Shown here: piece after piece, positions 26,754-33,794 of the stretch
How positions within the stretch are numbered: position 1 is the stretch's first letter
How the letters are laid out: every line of letters begins with the position of its first letter
Assembly (NCBI GenBank): GCA_024404295.1
Contig: JAKSQE010000001.1
Location: forward strand, 1-33,794
Direction of reading: 5' to 3'
Source: Oscillibacter sp.
Lineage (GTDB): Bacteria > Bacillota > Clostridia > Oscillospirales > Oscillospiraceae
DNA length: 33,794 nucleotides
Program-made: the position numbers and the translations under genes
The notes under the pieces: model-generated
What the model saw: only the letters and a program-made list of their open reading frames with translations
Told to the model about the DNA's origin: nothing
The model's database searches: none

Positions 26754-28412
26754 ATGGCTGAAAAATTAAAAATTATTCCCCTCGGCGGTCTCAATGAGAT
26801 CGGCAAAAACATGACCGTCTATGAGTACGGCGGTGAGATCATTGTTGTGGACTGTGGTATGGCATTTCCCGGTGACGACATGTACGGCATCGACAGCGTG
26901 ATCCCAGATGTGTCCTATTTGATCAAAAACAAATCTCGGATTCGCGGTTTATTTATTACCCACGGTCACGAAGATCATATCGGCGCAATTCCTTACGTCC
27001 TCAAACAAATCAACATCCCCATTTACTGCACCCGCTTTACTGCCGGCCTTATCAAGCTGAAGCTGGAGGAGCATGATCTGGTGAAGTCCACCAAGATGAT
27101 TACCGTGAATCCCGGCCAAAGCGCGCGGGCAGGCAAGTTTACCGCGGACCTTACCCACGCGCACCACCCCCTCGCCGACCCCGTGCCCCTCGCGCCCCCC
27201 ACCAACATGGGTACCGTAGTCCACACCGGCGACTTTAAAATCGACTCCACTCCCATCGACGGCGAAGTCATCGACCTGGCTCGTCTGGGCGAACTGGGAA
27301 AGGAGGGTGTGCTGGCTCTGTGCGCTGACTCCACCAACGTGGAGCGCCCCGGCTTCACGCCCTCTGAAAAAGTGGTGGGCGCCACGCTGTCTCGTCAGTT
27401 CCAGAACTGCGACGAGCGCATTATCGTCACCACTTTTGCTTCCAATGTCCATCGCATCCAGCAGGTTCTGGATGCCGCTGCCGCCTGCGGCCGCAAGGTG
27501 GCCGTTACCGGCCGCTCTATGGAGAACATTATGAAGGTCTCCACGGAACTGGGCTATATGAAAGTGCCCAAGAATACCATGGTGGATATCAATAAGCTGA
27601 AAGGCTTGCCCAAGAACAAGCAGGTCATCGTGACGACCGGCTCTCAGGGCGAAGAAATGAGCGCCTTATACCGCATGGCGTTCTCCACCCACAAGCAGGT
27701 GGAGCTGGGCGCCGGCGACAAGGTTATTCTGTCTGCCAGCGCAATTCCCGGCAATGAGATCACCGTCAGCCGTGTGATCAACGAGTTGTTCCGCAAAGGC
27801 GTAAAAGTGGTTTATGATCGTGCCGATATTCTGCATGTCTCCGGCCATGCCTGCCAGGAAGAGCTAAAAATCGTTCACGCTTTGACCAAGCCCCGTTTCT
27901 TTGTTCCCCTGCACGGCGAGCAGCGCATGCTGCAGATCCACTGCCAGCTGGCGCAAAGCATGGGCATGGACCGCAATCATGTTGCCATCGGCGACAATGG
28001 AGCCGTCATTGAACTGACGGCGAAAACCATGAAGCTGAATGGTACTGTCCCTGCCGGTGAAGTCTATGTGGACGGCAGCGGCGTAGGCGATGTCGGCGCT
28101 GTGGTCATGCGGGATCGCAAGCGTTTGGCCGAGGACGGCATGGTGGTGATCGTGCTGCCCATCTCCTCGTATGACAATGCCCTTTTGGCACCTCCCGAGA
28201 TCATCACTCGTGGCTTTATCTATGTGAAGGAGTCCGGTGACCTGATGAAGGAGTTGCAGGAAGTGGCTGCTTCCGCTGCCGAGAGCGTATCTCGCAAACG
28301 CAGCCGGGATGACGGTGAGCTCCGAGGTGTGGTAAAGTCCGCCGTCAGCAGCTATCTGTTCAAAAACACCAAGCGCAGTCCTATGGTGATTCCCGTGGTG
28401 ACAAAGCTGTAA
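26754..28412 (+). CDS. rnj: Ribonuclease J
   Basis: PLGGLNEIGKN, THGHEDHIG, HTGDFK, TGSQGE, HVSGHA, PLHGE. Confidence 0.97.
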   Translation: MAEKLKIIPLGGLNEIGKNMTVYEYGGEIIVVDCGMAFPGDDMYGIDSVIPDVSYLIKNKSRIRGLFITHGHEDHIGAIPYVLKQINIPIYCTRFTAGLIKLKLEEHDLVKSTKMITVNPGQSARAGKFTADLTHAHHPLADPVPLAPPTNMGTVVHTGDFKIDSTPIDGEVIDLARLGELGKEGVLALCADSTNVERPGFTPSEKVVGATLSRQFQNCDERIIVTTFASNVHRIQQVLDAAAACGRKVAVTGRSMENIMKVSTELGYMKVPKNTMVDINKLKGLPKNKQVIVTTGSQGEEMSALYRMAFSTHKQVELGAGDKVILSASAIPGNEITVSRVINELFRKGVKVVYDRADILHVSGHACQEELKIVHALTKPRFFVPLHGEQRMLQIHCQLAQSMGMDRNHVAIGDNGAVIELTAKTMKLNGTVPAGEVYVDGSGVGDVGAVVMRDRKRLAEDGMVVIVLPISSYDNALLAPPEIITRGFIYVKESGDLMKELQEVAASAAESVSRKRSRDDGELRGVVKSAVSSYLFKNTKRSPMVIPVVTKL

Positions 28413-28429
28413 AAAGTTCAGAAGAGAAC

Positions 28430-28458
28430 AAAAAGGAGAGCCGTTTGGCTCTCCTTTT
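28430..28458. terminator. Bidirectional terminator between rnj and livF
   Basis: AAAAGGAGAGCC-GTTT-GGCTCTCCTTTT. Confidence 0.88.
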
Positions 28459-28474
28459 GCATTGATTTTGTGAT

Positions 28475-29188
28475 TTACTTATTCTGCTTGCCCAGATAAG
28501 CTTCCTTCACACGCTCATCGGCCAGAAGCTCCGCACCGGTACCAGACATGGTGATGGTGCCGGTCTCCAGAACATAGGCCAAATCAGCGATCTTCAGTGC
28601 CATATTGGCGTTCTGCTCGATCAGCAGAACGGTCACGCCCTGGCGGTTGATCTCACGGATGATCTTGAAGATATCCTGCACCACCAGAGGAGCAAGGCCC
28701 AGAGAAGGCTCATCCAGCATCATCAGCTTGGGGCGGGACATCAAGGCACGACCCACAGCCAGCATCTGCTGCTCACCGCCGGACAGTGTACCGGCCAGCT
28801 GCCAGCTGCGCTCTTCCAGGCGGGGGAACAGGGAATAGACCCACTGAATATCCTTTTCGATCTCAGCCTTATCTTTACGCAGATAAGCGCCGATCTTCAG
28901 GTTTTCCAAAACGGTCATGTCCGGAAATACACGACGGCCCTCGGGGCTCATTGCGATACCGGCGGAAACGATCTTGTCGATGGGCTGACCCAGCAGTTCC
29001 TGTCCGTCCAGCGTGACGGAACCGGACGCAGCCTTCACCAGACCGGTGATGGTACGCAGCGTGGTGGACTTGCCGGCGCCGTTGGCGCCGATCAGGGTGA
29101 CGATCTTGCCATCGGGCACTTCCAGAGAAATGCCGCGAAGAGCCTGAATGCCGCCATACGCCACATGCAGATTATCAATTTTAAGCAT
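28475..29188 (-). CDS. livF: Branched-chain amino acid ABC transporter ATPase
   Basis: GANGAGKS, PEGRRVF, LSGGEQQM, DEPSLGLAP, EQN. ATG 29188 overlaps the livG end. Confidence 0.94.
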   Translation of the reverse strand: MLKIDNLHVAYGGIQALRGISLEVPDGKIVTLIGANGAGKSTTLRTITGLVKAASGSVTLDGQELLGQPIDKIVSAGIAMSPEGRRVFPDMTVLENLKIGAYLRKDKAEIEKDIQWVYSLFPRLEERSWQLAGTLSGGEQQMLAVGRALMSRPKLMMLDEPSLGLAPLVVQDIFKIIREINRQGVTVLLIEQNANMALKIADLAYVLETGTITMSGTGAELLADERVKEAYLGKQNK

Positions 29189-30023
29189 CCTCGGCCACCC
29201 CCAAATATGCGTCAATGACGCGCTGATTCTTCTGGATCTCAGCAGGTGTGCCGTGGGCGATCAGCTTGCCGAAGTCCAAAACGTAAATGCGATCGGAAAT
29301 GTCCATAACCAGATTCATGTGGTGCTCGATCAGGAAAATGGTCAGATTGAATTTTTCACGGATCTCACCAATGAAGGCGGTCAGTTCCTCAGTCTCCTGC
29401 GGGTTCATGCCGGCAGCAGGCTCATCCAGCAGCAGCAATGTGGGCTCGGCAGCCAGTGCACGGGCAATTTCCAGGCGGCGCTGCTTACCGTAGGGCAGGG
29501 ACGTTGCCAGCTCATTCTTCACATCGTCCAGACCCACGATCTTCAGCAGTTCCTCCACTTCCTCGCGCTGGCGGGCTTCCTCTTTGCGGTTGCCACGGAA
29601 GGTTGCAGAGAAAACATTGCTGGTGGTACGGCAATGCTTGGCGATCAGCACGTTGTCAAACACCGTCTGAGACTTCCACAGGCGAATGTTCTGGAAGGTA
29701 CGGGCCATACCCAGCTTCGTAATTTTATCGGGCGTAGGGGCGATGGTCTCCTTATACATACCCTCGCACTGGCCCTTATACTGCTTTTTCATCTTGCCCT
29801 GGGGGTGGTTTTCGACGATTTTCTCATCGTTGAACCAAACCGCACCGTTTGTGGGCTGATACACACCGGTGATGACGTTAAAAGCCGTGGTCTTGCCGGC
29901 GCCGTTAGGGCCGATGAGGGCCACGATCTCGCCCTTATTGATCTCCAGGCTCAAATCATCTACGGCAACCACACCGCCGAACTGCATGGTGGCATGGTCC
30001 ACTCTCAAAACATTGTTGCTCAT
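29181..30023 (-). CDS. livG: Branched-chain amino acid ABC transporter ATPase
   Basis: GPNGAGKT, ARTFQN, LPYGKQRRLEIARA, DEPAAG, EHHM. Confidence 0.94.
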   Translation of the reverse strand: MSNNVLRVDHATMQFGGVVAVDDLSLEINKGEIVALIGPNGAGKTTAFNVITGVYQPTNGAVWFNDEKIVENHPQGKMKKQYKGQCEGMYKETIAPTPDKITKLGMARTFQNIRLWKSQTVFDNVLIAKHCRTTSNVFSATFRGNRKEEARQREEVEELLKIVGLDDVKNELATSLPYGKQRRLEIARALAAEPTLLLLDEPAAGMNPQETEELTAFIGEIREKFNLTIFLIEHHMNLVMDISDRIYVLDFGKLIAHGTPAEIQKNQRVIDAYLGVAEDA

Positions 30024-31132
30024 TTTGCGGCCTCCTTTTTCGCTTTCTTAGGCCGTTTGTCTAGCAGATCCGGCAACTCTCTGTCACCCATGATGCCCTT
30101 GCGGAAGAACAGCACGATGACCATGATGATCACGGAGAACACTGCCATACGGAAGCCGTTTTTGAAAATGCTGGGAGCGTTAATGCCCAGGAAGGTGCCG
30201 GAGTCCAGACCACGCAGCAGCCACTCGGAACTGACAATGTACAGGAAGCTGGCAATGACAGAACCGGTGATGGAGCCGATGCCGCCGATGACGACGATCA
30301 GCAGGATCTCATAGGTCAGAGCGCTCTTAAAGGGAGCCGCAGCAATCGTGCCGCTGTACATAGCCATCATACCGCCGCCGACACCAGCGAAGAAAGAACT
30401 GATGACGAAAGCCATGCGCTTGTGCTTGGCCAGATTGATACCCATGGCCTCAGCTGCCACTTCATCGTCACGGATGGCCTTAAAGGCACGGCCGTAAGTG
30501 GAGTTGATCAGCAGCAGGATCACCGCGATCAATACACCTGCGATCAACACATAAGGCGTTGCATGCTCAAAATAGGGATAGCTCTTCAGCAGGTTGGATC
30601 CATTGGTAATGGGGCCCAACTTATTCCACTGGAAAAATGCCTTCAGGATCTCGGCAAAGCCCAACGTTGCAATGGCCAGGTAGTCGCTCTTCAAACGCAG
30701 CACAGGCAAACCGATGAGGTAAGCCATGAGGGCTGCCAACAGACCGCCAACCAGCAAAGCAGCCAGCATGCCCACAGTCTTGCCCACGGTGTCGCCCAGG
30801 AAACCGGCGAAAATCTCAGGCAGAGAGAAGTGGATGGCACCGCCGTCAAAATACTGATACACCGACTCACGCTTCGCCACAGGAATCGTCAGCACACCGT
30901 AGGCGTATGCACCCAGCAGCATGAAGCCTGCCTGACCCAGAGAGAACAGACCGGTAAAACCATTCAGCAGGTTCATAGAAACAGCAACCAGTGCATAGAC
31001 GGTAGCTTTCTTGATGACAGTGATTGCAATGTGATAGCTGGGAAGAGTTGCGTCCAACGCGATACAACCGGCCAGGATCGCCACCAGTACGGCAGCGGTA
31101 AAGACCATCTTGGTTTTCTTCATATCTCTCAT
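30020..31132 (-). CDS. livM: Branched-chain amino acid ABC transporter permease
   Basis: GFTGLFSLGQAGF, LRLKSDYLAIATLGF, AIRDDEVAA. Confidence 0.93.
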   Translation of the reverse strand: MRDMKKTKMVFTAAVLVAILAGCIALDATLPSYHIAITVIKKATVYALVAVSMNLLNGFTGLFSLGQAGFMLLGAYAYGVLTIPVAKRESVYQYFDGGAIHFSLPEIFAGFLGDTVGKTVGMLAALLVGGLLAALMAYLIGLPVLRLKSDYLAIATLGFAEILKAFFQWNKLGPITNGSNLLKSYPYFEHATPYVLIAGVLIAVILLLINSTYGRAFKAIRDDEVAAEAMGINLAKHKRMAFVISSFFAGVGGGMMAMYSGTIAAAPFKSALTYEILLIVVIGGIGSITGSVIASFLYIVSSEWLLRGLDSGTFLGINAPSIFKNGFRMAVFSVIIMVIVLFFRKGIMGDRELPDLLDKRPKKAKKEAAK

Positions 31133-31144
31133 GTCACGCCCTCC

Positions 31145-32020
31145 TTACACCTTATCGGTAACCTTCTCACCGAACAGGCCGGTGGGACGGACACACAGCA
31201 CCACGATCAGCAGAGCGAAGGTAAATGCATCAGAGAAGGTGGTGTAACCCAAGCCCTTGATGACCTCTTCGCACAAACCGATGATGAAAGCGCCCACCAC
31301 AGCACCGGGAATCGAACCGATGCCGCCGAACACCGCTGCCACGAAAGCCTTCAGGCCGGGCATACCGCCGGAGGTGATGGCCACAGAGGGATAGTTTGTG
31401 AAGTACAGCATGGCGCCCACGGCTGCCAGGAAGGAACCGATGACAAACGTCATGGAAATCACAGCATTGATCTTAATGCCCATGAGCTGCGCCGTTTCAA
31501 AGTCCTTAGCGGCAGCACGCATGGCCATACCGATCTTGGTGTGATTGATGATGTAAACCAGCAGGAACACCAACACAATGGTCAGCACAGGGGTCAGCAA
31601 CGTCACACGCTTGGTGGAAGCACCCAGCACCGTAACCTGATCGGAAATCCAGGGAATGGGATTGCTGACAGGCTGGGGAACACCGCCGGTGATGTAGAAC
31701 GCCAGATTCTGGATCAGATAGCTGACACCAATGGCGGAAATCATCAGGGACATACGAGGTGCGGTACGCAGGGGTTTGTACGCCACGCGCTCAATGGTAA
31801 AACCAAGAACAACAGTGACTAAAATGGCCAGAGGCAGAGCCAGGTAAATGGGCATGGAAGCTGTGGCGTAAACCATGACCAGACCGGCAACCATAAACAC
31901 GTCGCCGTGGGCAAAGTTGATCAGACGCAGAATACCGTACACCAGCGTGTAGCCAATGGCGATCAGTGCGTACTGGCCGCCCACAGAAATGCCATTGATC
32001 ATGTAAGGCAACAGACTCAT
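31145..32020 (-). CDS. livH: Branched-chain amino acid ABC transporter permease
   Basis: YALIAIGYTLVYG..INFAHG, GMAMRA, GLKAF.AAVFGGIGSIPGA. Confidence 0.94.
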   Translation of the reverse strand: MSLLPYMINGISVGGQYALIAIGYTLVYGILRLINFAHGDVFMVAGLVMVYATASMPIYLALPLAILVTVVLGFTIERVAYKPLRTAPRMSLMISAIGVSYLIQNLAFYITGGVPQPVSNPIPWISDQVTVLGASTKRVTLLTPVLTIVLVFLLVYIINHTKIGMAMRAAAKDFETAQLMGIKINAVISMTFVIGSFLAAVGAMLYFTNYPSVAITSGGMPGLKAFVAAVFGGIGSIPGAVVGAFIIGLCEEVIKGLGYTTFSDAFTFALLIVVLCVRPTGLFGEKVTDKV

Positions 32021-32067
32021 GAAATTCCCTCCTTCTTTTTCTTTGGCGTAATGTGCAAAAAACAGTT

Positions 32068-32170
32068 GGACTGTCTCGAAAAGACGTTATTCAGCCGCCC
32101 TTTCGAGGCAGCCCATATCGCAAATCACAGTTCTCTATAACCGCCGAACTCCGGAGCTTTTCGGTTGGTT
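32068..32170 (-). other. Two stem-loops between the binding-protein gene and livH
   Basis: GACTGTCTCGAAAAG/CCTTTCGAGGCAGCC (about 32069-32113) and AACCGCCGAA/TTCGGTTGGTT (32139-32170). Confidence 0.55.
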
Positions 32171-32193
32171 GGCGTGTGTAAAGGAGCGTGTAA

Positions 32194-33387
32194 TTAGTTG
32201 ACGCCCTGAACCTTCACGAAGTCCCAGTTGTTGGTTGCGGTGTTGGCAGCCTTGATGAAAGCGGAATCACGCTCGGCATCGCCGATGGAGTCGAACTTGA
32301 TCAGGCCGGACACGCCGGTGTACTCCACAGAGGGCAGAGCTTCCAGAACAGCCTTGGGATCGGTGCTACCAGCGGCCTTCAGAGCCTCCAGAGCGGTGAA
32401 GTATGCGTCATAACCCATAGCGGTAACAGCGGAGACCATGTCGTTGCCGCCGTTGTTGGTCTTAGCATCAGCGTTGGCATTGATCCACTCCTTGATGCCC
32501 TTATCGAACTCGGAACCGCTCTCCTGATAGAAGGTGGTGATCTCAACGTTGACGTCCTTGCCCTGTGCGCTCTCCAGAACCATGTTGTTGTCCCAGGTAT
32601 CGGAGCCCAGCAGAGAGCCGGAGAAGCCCTGAGCTGCTGCAGCCTCAATGATCAGCTGAGCATAGTTGGTGGAAACGGGAGCCATGATGACGCCGGCACC
32701 GGCAGAAGCGGCGTTGTTGATGTAGGAAACGAAGTTGGCGCTGCCCTCGGGGAAGTCCTCAGAGATGACGGTGCCGCCCAGAGCCTTGAAGGCCTCGGAG
32801 AAGTAGTGAACCAGACCCTGGTCATAGTCAGAGCCCAGCATTGCCAGAGTGTAAGCAGTGGTCACACCCAGCTCGTTGTAGGCATAGTTAGCCAGAACGG
32901 TGCCCTGGAAGGGATCCAGGAAGCAAACACGGAAGTAAACATCGCAGTCAGCGGTGACCTGGGGGTTGGTGCAGGTGACGCCGATGGCAGGGATGCCGGC
33001 CTTAGAGAAGACCTCGCCGCCAGCCATGGAAACGCCGGAACCATAGGAACCCAGAACCACGGAAACATTGCGGTTCACCAGCTCGGAAGCGGCAGAGGGG
33101 CCGTTCTCAGCGGTGGTACGGTTATCCACGATCTCCAGCTGGACCTCATAGGTCTCGCCGCCAATCTCAACGGTGGGCTGAACAGTGTTTGCATACTGCA
33201 TGCCCAGGATCTCCTGCTTGCCGCCAGCACCGTTATCGCCGGTCTGGGGCTCAAAGACGCCGATCTTGACGACCTTAGCGCTGCTGTCGGAACTGTTGTC
33301 AGCTGCGGGAGCGTCAGACTTGGCGCCGCAAGCTGCCAGACTCATGGCCATAGCCAGAGTCAGCACGATGGCTAAAAACTTCTTCAT
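32194..33387 (-). CDS. Branched-chain amino acid ABC transporter substrate-binding lipoprotein (LivJ/LivK-like)
   Basis: Lipobox LAAC, KIGVFEP.TG, LGSYGSG, YFRVCFLDPFQG; heads the liv operon. Confidence 0.92.
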   Translation of the reverse strand: MKKFLAIVLTLAMAMSLAACGAKSDAPAADNSSDSSAKVVKIGVFEPQTGDNGAGGKQEILGMQYANTVQPTVEIGGETYEVQLEIVDNRTTAENGPSAASELVNRNVSVVLGSYGSGVSMAGGEVFSKAGIPAIGVTCTNPQVTADCDVYFRVCFLDPFQGTVLANYAYNELGVTTAYTLAMLGSDYDQGLVHYFSEAFKALGGTVISEDFPEGSANFVSYINNAASAGAGVIMAPVSTNYAQLIIEAAAAQGFSGSLLGSDTWDNNMVLESAQGKDVNVEITTFYQESGSEFDKGIKEWINANADAKTNNGGNDMVSAVTAMGYDAYFTALEALKAAGSTDPKAVLEALPSVEYTGVSGLIKFDSIGDAERDSAFIKAANTATNNWDFVKVQGVN

Positions 33388-33462
33388 GTGGTAATCCTCC
33401 TAAAATATAAATGCTTTGAACATCTAAGCGCAGGAATTCTCCCAGCACTTATCATGTTACGT

Positions 33463-33491
33463 ATTTTATTCAGAATTTCTTGCGTAAACAA
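33463..33491 (-). promoter_or_regulatory. Possible promoter for the liv operon
   Basis: TTGTTT, 17 bp spacer, TAAAAT; the -35 is weak. Confidence 0.35.
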
Positions 33492-33776
33492 GGTCAAATT
33501 TGCACAGAGTTTTCCTTGCCCATTTCATTGGTTTTTATGGAATTCTTTTTTATAAAACGTACGAGTGTCCACCAGTCAAAGACTTTTTCACAAATATGGA
33601 CAAAAATACTCTCTTTGCGTTTTTCGTCGGCGGACACATGTACTGGTTATTTTGACGGAAACCATTTGCGAATGTTCTCTTTTTTCGGCATTTTATGTGG
33701 TCCTGCCGGAAAAGAGTCATGAAAAACATGCAAGTTTTCAAGTATTATCCGCGCAAATATATGCCAAAGAGGGCGA

Positions 33777-33794
33777 AATCGCAGATTTGCGATT
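33777..33794 (-). terminator. Hairpin at the window edge, possibly the terminator of the upstream gene
   Basis: AATCGCA-GATT-TGCGATT; truncated by the window end. Confidence 0.3.

Noticed and set aside
26504-26812. Short ORFs in the LacI-rnj intergenic region
   Set aside because: No convincing RBS, and they overlap the promoter, leader or rnj start.
27121-27200. Diversity-generating retroelement variable region in rnj
   Set aside because: No template repeat or reverse transcriptase in the window, and the changes are all to C from several different bases.
29148-31822. 388-aa and 466-aa plus-strand ORFs antisense to the liv genes
   Set aside because: Same antisense-shadow effect; no domain features recognised.
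33465-33479. Possible CodY box upstream of the liv operon
   Set aside because: About 6 mismatches to AATTTTCWGAAAATT; not distinguishable from AT-rich background.
33751-33767. Sigma-54-like TTGGCATATATTTGC upstream of the liv operon
   Set aside because: Only 9 nt (or 11 using the next GC) separate GG and GC; sigma-54 promoters require 10.

Overview
A mostly housekeeping stretch of a moderately GC-rich Firmicutes (Clostridia, probably Oscillospiraceae-like; inferred from gene content and order) chromosome. Nearly all genes are on the minus strand. In transcription order from the right end: (1) a livJ/K-H-M-G-F branched-chain amino acid ABC operon; (2) rnj (+ strand) with a long structured leader; (3) an orphan LacI regulator with its own operator; (4) a ~10 kb gdpP-rplI-dnaB-tilS-hpt-ftsH-DUF975-lspA-rluD-lipoprotein operon; (5) an HPr-like protein lacking His15, preceded by a cre-like palindrome; (6) a small DMT/EamA-type gene (+ strand); (7) a miaB-mutS-CPBP protease-mutL-miaA-hfq-HlyD-like-yggS-sepF-divIVA-(HAD) operon; (8) proC plus a Hyi-family isomerase truncated at the window edge. 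I saw no mobile elements, CRISPR arrays, tRNAs or rRNAs, and no clear-cut novel multi-gene system. The best leads are the rnj leader, the His-less HPr paralogue with its operator, and the orphan HlyD-like protein in the division cluster. A C-rich patch inside rnj looks like a sequencing artefact.
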